Shown here piece after piece: positions 37,816-47,872 of a stretch of DNA of 64,000 nt; the first letter of the stretch is position 1; every line of letters begins with the position of its first letter. The stretch comes from Flavobacterium sp. (GTDB lineage Bacteria > Bacteroidota > Bacteroidia > Flavobacteriales > Flavobacteriaceae): NCBI GenBank assembly GCA_026390995.1, contig JAPLEX010000046.1:13829-77828 (forward strand). The letters run 5' to 3'. The notes beneath the pieces are model-generated. The model was not told where the DNA came from. It searched no databases and saw only the letters and a program-made list of their open reading frames with translations. The position numbers were made by a program, and so were the translations under genes.

Positions 37816-39273
37816 GCGTAATTTCTTCCAAACGGTCTCGGCTACACCATTGACATCTTCAGAAATCTTGAACTTGTAGTTGAGTAGTCCATACACCAGC
37901 GTAATCAAAATAGATTTGAGTGCAATACTCACTATTGGATGAAACGAAAAATCCCAAAAGTAGAACGCCAAAAACACGCCAACGATTATGGCAAATGATT
38001 TCAGGGTATTTATGGTGAAAGGAAATAACTTCATTTTCTTGACCACAAAAACCAATTTAATAGTATTGTAGATAAACACCGAAATCAAAGTGGCCAAGGC
38101 AGCCCCATCAATGCCGTATAAGGGAATAAAAATCATGTTGAGGCCCACCATCATAAACACCAGTAATAAGCCAAACGAAAGCACCCATTTGTAGTATTTG
38201 GTATTCAAAATAATGGCGTTGTTGTTTCCCAAGATCACATCATAAAACTTAGAAAGCCCAATGAGAAAAACTACCAAAATTCCTCCCGAATATTCCCCTG
38301 GAATCAATTGGTAGAGCATCTTGATGTTCAAAAAAATACCCAGCATGACCAAGCCGCCTATCACTTGCAGCGTGATGGCGCTTTTTTTGTACAGTACATT
38401 GAGTTCTTTCAGTTTGTTTTGGCTCATCAACTTGGCGGTAATGGGATAGATTATTTGCAACATGGCGCGGCTGGGCACCGCAATCACCGTAGCAATAAAA
38501 ATCGCCACCGAATACAAGGCATTGCTGCTGATGTTTTCATAAGCCGGAATCATCACCTTATCAAAATCCATGAGTAATACCGCTACACTACCCGATAAGA
38601 TGATGAACGACGAATAGAATACGATTTCCTTGATGTTGTGCGGCACTTTGAAGGACAGTTTAGGCATGCGCACATACATGGCAAATATTTTCATGGCGAT
38701 GAGTTGCAGCAAATAAGCGAAAAACAAACCATAGATAAACTGGTCTTTAGAAATCCAATCCCAATGCACGGCAAATAATAAGCAAAGGATCACCACGCGA
38801 ACCAATACTTCGCTAATAAAGTTCCCAAACACCGATTGCATGTGCACCTTCACCCAGGCATAAAAGATTTCAAAATAACCCATACAAATCCCTATCAAAG
38901 GAATGAGCCACAAAAAAGGTTTTACTTGCGGATTTTCTTTCAAAATGAAATAGGCAATTTGGTCGTAACCCAAAAAGGTAATGGCGGTGATTGGAATAAT
39001 AAGAAACAGGGGCAATAGGAGCATGAAGTTCATGAACTTATCTCGTTCGGCTTCGGTTTGGCAACGCGAATAAAAACGAATCAGGGTACTGTGCACGCCA
39101 AACGCCATAAGTGGCATCATGATGTTGGCCGCCGAGAGTAAAAAAGCGACCATGCCATAATGCGTTTTACCCAAAAAATTGGTATACAAAAACAAGGCAT
39201 TCACTGCGCCTATGGCAAAACCAAAATAGGTAACCAGGGTGTTTTTGATCGATTGATTGATGACGATTCCCAT
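37810..39273 (-). CDS. Oligosaccharide flippase (Wzx/MATE superfamily)
   Basis: Many TM helices; QSIKNTLVTYFGFAIGAVN, LNMIFIPLYGIDGAALAT. Confidence 0.85.
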   Translation of the reverse strand: MGIVINQSIKNTLVTYFGFAIGAVNALFLYTNFLGKTHYGMVAFLLSAANIMMPLMAFGVHSTLIRFYSRCQTEAERDKFMNFMLLLPLFLIIPITAITFLGYDQIAYFILKENPQVKPFLWLIPLIGICMGYFEIFYAWVKVHMQSVFGNFISEVLVRVVILCLLFAVHWDWISKDQFIYGLFFAYLLQLIAMKIFAMYVRMPKLSFKVPHNIKEIVFYSSFIILSGSVAVLLMDFDKVMIPAYENISSNALYSVAIFIATVIAVPSRAMLQIIYPITAKLMSQNKLKELNVLYKKSAITLQVIGGLVMLGIFLNIKMLYQLIPGEYSGGILVVFLIGLSKFYDVILGNNNAIILNTKYYKWVLSFGLLLVFMMVGLNMIFIPLYGIDGAALATLISVFIYNTIKLVFVVKKMKLFPFTINTLKSFAIIVGVFLAFYFWDFSFHPIVSIALKSILITLVYGLLNYKFKISEDVNGVAETVWKKLRL

Positions 39274-39280
39274 GCCCTAT

Positions 39281-40564
39281 TTAAAGTTTAGTCAACAACC
39301 TGGCCAGTTGTTCGGTTAGATTCTTACGCGCATATTTTTCAATTCCATGGGCGCTCACTTTTAGGGTTCCGGCCAAAAAAGCTGTGAAGCAACTCAAAAT
39401 ATAGGCTTTAACTTCCTCTTTCTCACTATAGCGAAAGAAAGCTCCTGTTTGGGTTTCACTTATTATCGAAGCAAAATCAGAACCTTCAGGGCCCATGGCT
39501 AGAATGGGTCGGCCAGAAACCAGGTATTCAAACAGTTTTCCGGGTAAAATGAGTTTGGTGGCTGGGCTATCAATTTCAAGAAGCAACAAAATTTGGGATT
39601 GTTTCTGAAAACGCACCGCATCCAGATGAGCGACATAGCCGTAATCGTGTACATAGGACAAAAGTCCTCGTTTTTTTAAGGTATCTTTTACTTCTTGGCT
39701 CGTAGTTCCTATAAAGTTGAGTTGCAAATGAGAAGCCAATTCGGGAACCTCTTGCAGCAATTCGGCCAAAGCCTCCCACAATACAATTGGATTACGGGCT
39801 GACAAGAGCGAACCAATGTGGGCTAAACTAAATTTGGCATCCAACTGTAAACTGGGTTCAGTGGCAATGTCGTAGCCGTTGGTAATGACTTCGATGGGGC
39901 GCGATGTAAGCGTTTCAAATTCGGTTTTGGTGGTGGCACTCGTTACGATAATGGCATCGGCCGCCTGTAAAACCAGTTGTTCTAAGCGTTTGTGTTTGCG
40001 TTTGGCCCAAGGCAATAATTTTAAAGCTTTATGGTAACCAATAGTAGTCCAAGGGTCTCTAAAATCGGCCACCCACTTGATGCCCATTTGCTTTTGCAAA
40101 GCCAAGCCAATGAGGTGCAAACTGTGCGGCGGACCAGTTGTGATTATTGTATCAATCTGATTGGTTTGGCAATACTCGCGCAAAAACGCTACCGATGGCT
40201 TTACCCAAAACACGCGTGCATCGGGGATAAATAAATTGCCGCGTACAAACAATGCCAGGCGCTCTTTCCACGATTGCTTATGTAGGGTTGGGATAATGCC
40301 TGCACTGATGTTTTTAATTTTTTTCTTAGAAAACAAGGAAGCCAATCCGTAGGGTTCCCAAATGGGTTGTTTAAGTATAGTTAATGAAGTGGAAACTTCA
40401 GACAACAATCCTTCATCCACAATGGGATAAGTAGGGTTTTGTGGAATATAGACAATGGGGTCTAGCTGAAAGTCGGGCAAGTACTTGATAAATTTCAACC
40501 AACGTTGCACGCCTGGACCGCCCGCCGGTGGAAAATAATAGGTCACTATCAAGACTTTTTTCAT
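39281..40564 (-). CDS. Glycosyltransferase family 4 (GT-B)
   Basis: YYFPPAGGPGVQRW, TTGPPHSLH, DFRDPW, TNGYD, PGKLFEY. Confidence 0.88.
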   Translation of the reverse strand: MKKVLIVTYYFPPAGGPGVQRWLKFIKYLPDFQLDPIVYIPQNPTYPIVDEGLLSEVSTSLTILKQPIWEPYGLASLFSKKKIKNISAGIIPTLHKQSWKERLALFVRGNLFIPDARVFWVKPSVAFLREYCQTNQIDTIITTGPPHSLHLIGLALQKQMGIKWVADFRDPWTTIGYHKALKLLPWAKRKHKRLEQLVLQAADAIIVTSATTKTEFETLTSRPIEVITNGYDIATEPSLQLDAKFSLAHIGSLLSARNPIVLWEALAELLQEVPELASHLQLNFIGTTSQEVKDTLKKRGLLSYVHDYGYVAHLDAVRFQKQSQILLLLEIDSPATKLILPGKLFEYLVSGRPILAMGPEGSDFASIISETQTGAFFRYSEKEEVKAYILSCFTAFLAGTLKVSAHGIEKYARKNLTEQLARLLTKL

Positions 40565-40567
40565 TTG

Positions 40568-43006
40568 TTATTCCTTGGGTTCAACAGAGCTAAACCACGT
40601 TTTTCGTCTTTCGTAATATAATCCCAGAGCAATTAACACCAACATTCCTGCCGAACTGTACAAGGCAATGGTGCTTCCTTTTTGCACCACCTCGGGTTCA
40701 AACTTAAATTCAACGGTATGGTTTCCAGCTGGAATTTCGAGTGCACGCAATACATAATCTACGCGAATATGAGGCGTTTTCTTCCCGTCAATATAGGCGT
40801 TCCAGCCCTCTGCGTAATACATTTCAGAAAATACGGCTAGTCCTTTTTGGGCATTTTGTGATTGGTAACGAATGGCATTTGGTTTGTAATCGATCGCCTG
40901 AATACTTGCGGTACTATCTTTTGCGAATGAACGCTCTGTTAATAAAGTGCCAAACTCCGTTTTATTGACAATGGCGGTATTTTTGGAATCCAATTGGGGA
41001 AGCGCTTTCATCTCGGCATCGGCCGAATTCACCCACTTTACGGCTGAAACAAACCAAGCATTGCCATTGATGTCTGGGTTTTGCAGCGGCAATTCGTTGC
41101 CTTTCTCGTCGGTTTGGATGATGTATTTAACGTTGAGCATGTTCAAGACCTCCATGTTATTTTTGGTAATTTGATAATCAAACAACTGTTGCATGCGCCG
41201 TGGTTTGGCCGCATGATAGCCTCCAATGGAATGATGAAAATAAGAAGCGCGAGAACTTGATAGATTGCCGTCTACCTCAAACACACGATAGTGGGTGGTG
41301 TCTTGCAAAATTTGGCCATCGGCGGGGGTTTCTTGAAAGGGCATTTCTACTTCGCGAGCAGCCAAAAAATCATCGCCATTTACATAGTTTTTGTCGATAA
41401 AAAACAAATCGGCCACCACCAAAAAACCTACGGCAAGTACTGCTGTTTGAGAAGCCAATTTGTTTTTAAGGTAAAACCACAAGACGGCAGCAGCTGCAGC
41501 TATAAACACAAAAGAACGAAGTAAATCAGACTTAAATAACGAGCGTCTATCGGCTTTTAGTGCATTCATAAACTCTGGCCCATAACTTTTGGCATAAATA
41601 TCGTCGGCGCCTCCGGTGTAGGAAAAGAAACTTTTAGAAATAAATAAAAGCGATAATACTCCCAAAGCGGCAGCTGCTGACCACAGCAATCCTTTTTGCT
41701 GTTTCTCTTTATCAACCATAAAAAAGGCTTGAAAGCCCATAATAGCAAGCGCAGGCAAAGCCAATTCGAGTAATACTTGAATAGAGGAAACCGCACGGAA
41801 TTTATTGTATAGCGGCAAATTGTCGATGCAAAAATTGGTCAAAGCGGGAAAGTTTTTGCCCCATGATAGAAATAAGGACAGCAGTATTCCGACCAAAAAC
41901 GCGTATTTGATTTTGCGTTTATCCACAAATAAAGCCAGTAAAGCCAAGAAAAAAACCACCGCACCAACATAGGCCGGCGCAGCAACAATAGGTTGAACTC
42001 CCCAATATAAAGGCAAACTGTTGGCAAAATCGGCGGCTTGAGATTCCGGAACACCTTGACCTAAAACATACTCATAAGTTTTACTGTCTCTGCCCAACTT
42101 CTCGGCATTCGAGCCCCCAAACAAACGCGGCGCAATCAAATTAAAACTCTCGGCCAAGCCATAACTGTACTCCGTGATGTATTCGTGAGAAAGTGGGTTG
42201 TCATTGGCTATTTTTTTTCCCTCGGGCGAAATAGTCAATTCGCTTTTGCCGCGTGTAGAAAATTTGGCATATTCGGCAGTGGCCATCAAATTGGTGGCGT
42301 TGGCCCCTACTGCAAATACAACAGCAATTACAAAAACGCCCAACGAAATAAATAAGGGCTTGTATTCTTGTTGGCGAAAGTATTTCACAATAAAATAAAT
42401 CGTAAAAACCAACAAAAGCAAGATAAAATAATAGGTCATCTGAAAGTGATTGGCATTGATCTCGAGCGCAGCCGCCAACATAGTGAGAATTCCGCCCACC
42501 ACATAACGTTGACGCAAGACCAATAAAAACCCAGACAACAGCAATGGCATGTAGGCAATGGCATGGGCTTTGGCGTTGTGGCCTACTCCTAAAATGACGA
42601 TCAAATAGGTCGATAAACCAAAGGCCAAAGCACCAATAAAGGCTTTGAGCGGATCTATTTTTAAAACCAATAATAACACATAAAACCCTAGGAAATACAA
42701 GAACATATAATCAGCTGGACGGGGCAAAAAGCGCAAGAGATGATCTACTTGGCTGATGTATTCGTGCGGATAATTAGCGCCGAGTTGATAGGTAGGCATC
42801 CCGCCAAAAGCGGCATTGGTCCAATAGAGTTCGGCCTTATTCGCTTTTTTGTAGTCCAATTGTTCTTTGGCCATACCGGTGTATTGTACAATATCGGATT
42901 GAAATATTTTTTTGCCTTGAAGCAGAGGATAAAAAAAGAATAGTGCAAAACAAGCAAAGCCAACTAGAGCTAACAGATGCGGATAAAACGATTTAAATTG
43001 TTTCAT
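40568..43006 (-). CDS. YfhO family membrane protein (predicted GT-C-type transferase)
   Basis: QSDIVQY, WTNAAFGGMP, multiple TMs, GYHAAK, FSEMYY..GWNAYIDG..YVLRAL..HTVEFKF; CAAAAATA promoter box at 43035-43042. Confidence 0.85.
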   Translation of the reverse strand: MKQFKSFYPHLLALVGFACFALFFFYPLLQGKKIFQSDIVQYTGMAKEQLDYKKANKAELYWTNAAFGGMPTYQLGANYPHEYISQVDHLLRFLPRPADYMFLYFLGFYVLLLVLKIDPLKAFIGALAFGLSTYLIVILGVGHNAKAHAIAYMPLLLSGFLLVLRQRYVVGGILTMLAAALEINANHFQMTYYFILLLLVFTIYFIVKYFRQQEYKPLFISLGVFVIAVVFAVGANATNLMATAEYAKFSTRGKSELTISPEGKKIANDNPLSHEYITEYSYGLAESFNLIAPRLFGGSNAEKLGRDSKTYEYVLGQGVPESQAADFANSLPLYWGVQPIVAAPAYVGAVVFFLALLALFVDKRKIKYAFLVGILLSLFLSWGKNFPALTNFCIDNLPLYNKFRAVSSIQVLLELALPALAIMGFQAFFMVDKEKQQKGLLWSAAAALGVLSLLFISKSFFSYTGGADDIYAKSYGPEFMNALKADRRSLFKSDLLRSFVFIAAAAAVLWFYLKNKLASQTAVLAVGFLVVADLFFIDKNYVNGDDFLAAREVEMPFQETPADGQILQDTTHYRVFEVDGNLSSSRASYFHHSIGGYHAAKPRRMQQLFDYQITKNNMEVLNMLNVKYIIQTDEKGNELPLQNPDINGNAWFVSAVKWVNSADAEMKALPQLDSKNTAIVNKTEFGTLLTERSFAKDSTASIQAIDYKPNAIRYQSQNAQKGLAVFSEMYYAEGWNAYIDGKKTPHIRVDYVLRALEIPAGNHTVEFKFEPEVVQKGSTIALYSSAGMLVLIALGLYYERRKTWFSSVEPKE

Positions 43007-43082
43007 AAAAAGAAATCAGCTGAAAATTAATGCTCAAAAATAGGGAAAATAAAGCTGTAAAATAGGTGTAAAAAAAAGGCCC

Positions 43083-43343
43083 TTAGTCGACCTCTTCAAA
43101 ATCAATGTACTCGCCTACTTTTTGGGTAGATTTGGGCTTGGCGGCTGCCTGCGCAGTATCGGTAGCTTTTGAATTGCCTTGGTTTTGATTGGGTTGGGGA
43201 TTGCGCATATTTTCACTGGCCTTCTCCACCACCTTTTTTAACAATACAGGCAAAAACAAACGCGCCAAAAACTTGAACGCGTAATAAAATAAAATGATGT
43301 ACATCAAGGTGCGCAACAAACCAGTAAAAGAAGCCGTATCCAT
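43083..43343 (-). CDS. DUF4834 family small membrane protein
   Basis: N-terminal TM, low-complexity linker, C-terminal GEYIDFEEV. Confidence 0.8.
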   Translation of the reverse strand: MDTASFTGLLRTLMYIILFYYAFKFLARLFLPVLLKKVVEKASENMRNPQPNQNQGNSKATDTAQAAAKPKSTQKVGEYIDFEEVD

Positions 43344-43454
43344 GAATAAAATTTTTCCAAAATTACTAAATCACTTTGGGAATCTTTCTAAAATAAATGA
43401 TAAAAAACACTACTTTTGAAAGGCTTTTTTTTGAACCTTAATTTACTCGTTGCT

Positions 43455-44456
43455 ATGGTATCTCCCAATCGTTTTTTGTGGCTCTCATTACTTATTTATT
43501 CTGCTTCTTGGGCACAATTTACCGATGTCATCAATTCCAATAGACCGGGTCAGTCCATGGCAGCGTTTTCTGTGGGAAAAACGATTATTCAAACCGAAAT
43601 GGGTGTTGATGCCACCCGTGAAACCGATTCAAAAAAAGACTATCAGGTAGCCGGTATGGGTGGTGAAATTGTGGTGCGATACGGCGCCATTTTTGAACAA
43701 TTGGAGTTTTATGGCAGCGTGAACTACCAAAAGGAAACCTACACCGACTTAATCACCAACCTAGATAAAAAAAGCAGCGACATCCAAACCGCGCAAGTGG
43801 GTGCCAAATTTATGGTCTATGACCCCATGATGAATTACGAAGAAAAAATAAATAAATACAGTTGGAAAGCCAATCATAAATTCAATTGGCGCCAATTTAT
43901 TCCTGCCATCGCCTTGTATGGTGGTTTAAATATAAACAACGATGCCGAATTTTACAGACCTTTTCCAGTAGATCAAAAAAACACAACTGGATTAAAAGGT
44001 ATGCTACTCACCCAAAACCAGTTTGGCCGATTTGCCCTGATTACCAATTTTGGAATATCAAATTACGGGGTAGCCAATTACGAATCGGTGGATTATGTGA
44101 TCAGTTTGACACGGGGAATCAACGACCGCTGGTCCATATTGCTCGAAAACCAAGGCATGAACAGCAAAGTATATCACAACACTTTATTTCGTGCTGGAGG
44201 TGCCTATTTACTTGCCGAAAATTTACAAATTGATGCCGCACTTGCCAGCAGCGTAACCAACGTACCAGCTGTTGTAATTGCAAATATTGGCCTTTCTTGG
44301 CGTTTTGATGGCAATTATAGCGAAGTGATGTTGCGCAGCAATACTAAATCTAAAAGCAAGGACGAAAAATCAAAAGATAAAAAAGATAAAAAAGACGACT
44401 CTAAGTCCAAAGTGCGTACAGACGGCTTTGATAACAGTTCGCGCAAAACCAAATAA
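43455..44456 (+). CDS. Outer-membrane beta-barrel, Bacteroidota 'transporter' family
   Basis: NRPGQS..FSVGK..IQTEMG, alternating barrel strands, QIDA..GLSWRFD; TACTTTTG at 43411-43418 places the start at 43455. Confidence 0.65.
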   Translation: MVSPNRFLWLSLLIYSASWAQFTDVINSNRPGQSMAAFSVGKTIIQTEMGVDATRETDSKKDYQVAGMGGEIVVRYGAIFEQLEFYGSVNYQKETYTDLITNLDKKSSDIQTAQVGAKFMVYDPMMNYEEKINKYSWKANHKFNWRQFIPAIALYGGLNINNDAEFYRPFPVDQKNTTGLKGMLLTQNQFGRFALITNFGISNYGVANYESVDYVISLTRGINDRWSILLENQGMNSKVYHNTLFRAGGAYLLAENLQIDAALASSVTNVPAVVIANIGLSWRFDGNYSEVMLRSNTKSKSKDEKSKDKKDKKDDSKSKVRTDGFDNSSRKTK

Positions 44457-44459
44457 CCC

Positions 44460-45581
44460 ATGATTACCCTTCGCGAAGCCATTACCAAAAAAGAGCTGAA
44501 GCAATTTATCTTGTTTTCGTTTAATTTATACAAAGACAACCCCAATTGGATTCCGCCCTTAATTCAAGATGAATTAATCACCTTTGACAAAACCCAAAAC
44601 CCGGTTTTTGAAAACGCAGAAGCCTATTTTTACTGCGCCTACAAAGACGGGAAAATGGTGGGCAAAGTGGCTGCTATTGTCAATTGGAGTGAAGTCAAAG
44701 ACCTAGGTAAAAAGAAAGTCCGCTTCGGTTGGTTTGATGTGATTGACGACATCGAAGTGACCAAAGCCTTGCTCGAAAAAGTATACGAATTGGGTCGCAA
44801 ACACAACTTAGAAGAAGTAGAAGGACCCATGGGATTTTCGAATATGGACAAAGTTGGGTTGCTGACTGAAGGTTTTGAACACATCGGAACCATGATTACC
44901 TGGTACAATTACCCCTACTATGTAACGCATTTTGAACAACTGGGTTACGTGAAAGAAAAACAATTTTTAGAGAGTGTGTTTCCGTTTGCCAATGTGAAAC
45001 TCGAAGTATTTGAGCGCACCTCCCACTTTATTTGCAAACGCTACCAACTCCGGGTCGTGAATTGCAAATCGACCAAAGAGGTTCTGAAATACGCCGACCA
45101 AATGTTTGATCTGTTTAACGAATGTTACGCCAAATTGTCTTCGTTTGTTCCGATTTCAGCTGCCCAAAAAGAATTTTTCAAGAAAAAATACATGGGCATG
45201 ATCAACCCCGAATTCATCAATTTTGTATTTGACGCCAACGATAAAATGATCGCCTTCAGCATCGTGATGCCTTCCTTGACCGAAGCCCTAAAAAAGGCAA
45301 ACGGCCGTTTATTTCCGTTTGGCTGGTACCATTTGCTTCGGGCCAAAACCAAAACCAATGCCATCTTGTTCTACCTCATTGGCATTCATCCCGATTACCA
45401 AAATAAAGGCGTTACGGCTCCGATGTTTATCGAATACTTCAATGCTTTTAAACGATTTGGAATTGAAACTTGCATTCGCACACCCGAACTTGACGAAAAC
45501 AACGCCATCCACAATTTATGGAAGACCTTTGATCCGGTGATTCATAAGAGGAGATGTACGTATATGAAGAAGTTGGAGTAG
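44460..45581 (+). CDS. GNAT-fold N-acyltransferase, bacterial ceramide synthase (bCerS)-like
   Basis: LYKDNPNWIPP, VGKVAAIVN, RFGWFDVIDD, EGPMGFSNMD, TWYNYPYY, IGIHPDYQNKG, ELDEN. Confidence 0.7.
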   Translation: MITLREAITKKELKQFILFSFNLYKDNPNWIPPLIQDELITFDKTQNPVFENAEAYFYCAYKDGKMVGKVAAIVNWSEVKDLGKKKVRFGWFDVIDDIEVTKALLEKVYELGRKHNLEEVEGPMGFSNMDKVGLLTEGFEHIGTMITWYNYPYYVTHFEQLGYVKEKQFLESVFPFANVKLEVFERTSHFICKRYQLRVVNCKSTKEVLKYADQMFDLFNECYAKLSSFVPISAAQKEFFKKKYMGMINPEFINFVFDANDKMIAFSIVMPSLTEALKKANGRLFPFGWYHLLRAKTKTNAILFYLIGIHPDYQNKGVTAPMFIEYFNAFKRFGIETCIRTPELDENNAIHNLWKTFDPVIHKRRCTYMKKLE

Positions 45582-45716
45582 GTTGTCCGTTATCGGTTGT
45601 CGGTTATCGGTTTTCTGTTGTCGGTTAAACATAAAGTAATTAAGTATAATTAGAACAAATGAGTTCTCAGTATACTTTTTCAACTTTATGACTTTTGACT
45701 TTCGACTTTATGACTC
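45582..45716. repeat. Intergenic element: inward-facing heptamer arrays around an imperfect 36-bp palindrome
   Basis: Six GTTRTCG-like heptamers from the 45581 stop; AAGTATAATTAGAAC-aaatga-GTTCTCAGTATACTT (45642-45677); TTT(A)TGAC/TTTCGAC units up to the 45717 stop. Confidence 0.85.
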
Positions 45717-46976
45717 CTAAGAAACATCCACCGTAGTCTGAGCCGCAATAGTTTTATAGGTTCCATTGACCAATTTTTCGCGGATGGCTTCAAAGGCAGC
45801 CAAGGTTTCGTCGATGTCAGCCAAGGTGTGAGAAGCAGTTGGAATCATACGCAACAAGATAATTCCTTTTGGAATTACGGGGTAAACTACAATCGAAAGG
45901 AAGATGCCGTAGTTTTCGCGCAAGTCATTCACCATAATCATCGCTTCGGGAATGGATCCCTCCAGATATACCGGCGTAATACAGGTATTGGTGTCGCCAA
46001 TGTTAAACCCGCGGCTGGTTAATCCGTGTTGCAGGGCATGCACATTTACCCATAATTTATCTTTAATCTCAGATGATTTACGCAACAATTCCAAACGCTT
46101 TAACGACCCAATCGTTTGAATCATCGGCAAGGCTTTGGCAAACATCTGCGAACGCAAATTGTATTTCAAGTAATCAATAATGTCTTTGTCAGCGGCAACA
46201 AAAGCGCCAATGTTGGCCATTGATTTGGCAAAAGTCGAGAAATACACATCGATGCCGTCTTGGCAACCTTGCTCCTCACCTGCTCCGGCTCCTGTTTTTC
46301 CTAAGGTTCCAAATCCGTGTGCATCGTCAACCAACAAACGAAAATTGTATTTTTTCTTCATTTCAACCACTTCTTTCAATTTGCCTTGTTGGCCACGCAT
46401 CCCAAATACGCCTTCGGTAATAAACAAAATACCACCACCCGTAGTTTCGGCTAATTTCGTGGCACGCTGCAAATTTTTTTCCATGCTCTCCACATCGTTG
46501 TGGCGGTAGGTAAATCGTTTGCCGCTGTGCAAGCGCACGCCATCAATGATGCACGCATGCGCATCTACATCATAGACAATTACATCGTTTCGCGTAACCA
46601 AGGCATCGATGGTAGATAAAATTCCTTGGTACCCAAAATTCAATAAATAAGCCGATTCTTTCATCACAAAAGCAGCCAATTCTTGCTCCAATTGTTCGTG
46701 GTATTCAGTATGCCCACTCATCATGCGCGCACCCATCGGATAGGCTGCTCCATATTGGATAGCCGCATCAGTATCGGCTTGACGCACTTCGGGGTGATTG
46801 GCTAAGCCCAAATAATCATTTAAACTCCAGTTCAATATATTTTTGCCTTGAAATTGCATTCTCGGACCTAATTCTCCTTCTAATTTGGGAAATACAAAAT
46901 AGCCCTCAGCTTGAGAAGCCCATTTTCCTAGCGGTCCTTTATTGTTCTGAATGCGTTCAAATAAATCTTTTACCAT
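45717..46976 (-). CDS. PLP-dependent alpha-oxoamine synthase, probably cysteate acyl-ACP transferase (SulA/CapB type, capnine synthesis)
   Basis: GYFVFPKLEG, NWSLNDYLGLANHP, PMGARMMSG, DDAHG, STFAKS; start at ATG 46976; promoter box at 47022-47029. Confidence 0.7.
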   Translation of the reverse strand: MVKDLFERIQNNKGPLGKWASQAEGYFVFPKLEGELGPRMQFQGKNILNWSLNDYLGLANHPEVRQADTDAAIQYGAAYPMGARMMSGHTEYHEQLEQELAAFVMKESAYLLNFGYQGILSTIDALVTRNDVIVYDVDAHACIIDGVRLHSGKRFTYRHNDVESMEKNLQRATKLAETTGGGILFITEGVFGMRGQQGKLKEVVEMKKKYNFRLLVDDAHGFGTLGKTGAGAGEEQGCQDGIDVYFSTFAKSMANIGAFVAADKDIIDYLKYNLRSQMFAKALPMIQTIGSLKRLELLRKSSEIKDKLWVNVHALQHGLTSRGFNIGDTNTCITPVYLEGSIPEAMIMVNDLRENYGIFLSIVVYPVIPKGIILLRMIPTASHTLADIDETLAAFEAIREKLVNGTYKTIAAQTTVDVS

Positions 46977-47144
46977 GGCGAATGTTGTGAATAATAGGGT
47001 TGTAATCCTTGAATTTAGGCGCAAAAATAGGGCTAAAAAAGCAAAGCAAAAAAACTTTGACTAAATAAATATTCACAATTAAAGCGACTCAATTGTTGGC
47101 ATCTAAATTGGGTATGTATCTTTGCAAACAAAAATTCAAAACGC

Positions 47145-47720
47145 ATGAAAATTGTATTTGCTTCCAACAATCCCAATAAAGTAAAAGAGATTCAACTGTT
47201 GCTTCCTGAATCGATAGAATTGGTGGGTTTGACCGATATTGGTTGCACCGAAGACATTCCTGAAACTGCCGATACGCTAGAAGGAAACGCCATACTAAAA
47301 GCCAATTATGTGACCGAAAAATACAGGTTGAATTGTTTTGCCGACGACACCGGTTTAGAGATAAACGCCTTGCATGGCGAACCTGGTGTATATTCGGCAC
47401 GCTATGCCGGCGAACAAAAAAATGCCGAGGAAAACATGAACAAAGTTCTAGAAAACCTACGTGAATCAATTGATCGATCTGCACAATTTAAAACAGTGAT
47501 TGCCTTGAATTTAGACGGACAGCAACTCCTGTTTACCGGCTTGGTAAAAGGACAAATTACTACAGAAAAAAAAGGAACGAACGGCTTTGGCTACGATCCC
47601 ATTTTTCAAGCGGAAGGGCACGATAAAACCTTTGCCGAACTCACCGCATTCGAAAAAGCCAGCTGCAGCCATCGGGCACGTGCAGTGCAGCAATTGATAA
47701 AGTTTTTAACAGCGCAATAA
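47145..47720 (+). CDS. rdgB: Non-canonical purine NTP pyrophosphatase
   Basis: ASNNPNKVKE, ADDTGL, PGVYSARY, FGYDPIF, SHRARA. Confidence 0.93.
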   Translation: MKIVFASNNPNKVKEIQLLLPESIELVGLTDIGCTEDIPETADTLEGNAILKANYVTEKYRLNCFADDTGLEINALHGEPGVYSARYAGEQKNAEENMNKVLENLRESIDRSAQFKTVIALNLDGQQLLFTGLVKGQITTEKKGTNGFGYDPIFQAEGHDKTFAELTAFEKASCSHRARAVQQLIKFLTAQ

Positions 47721-47872
47721 GCACTATTTTCTGATTTAAAAGTTGCCCTGCTACCGTATACAAATCCCTTCTTAATTCTGATTTATATCTAATTTACTGA
47801 TTTTCAATTAGTAACAAATTAGATTATCTCACTTATTAGCCCTACTTTTGCCCCAAATTTTAAAAACAAAGA

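Noticed and set aside
45642-45677. Chromosomal dif site
   Set aside because: The geometry is similar but the arms do not resemble XerC/XerD consensus, and related arms occur at several loci
45717-46976. BioF or Kbl assignment
   Set aside because: Same fold, but no bio or tdh context and the N-terminal motifs fit SulA/CapB better as recalled; not formally excluded
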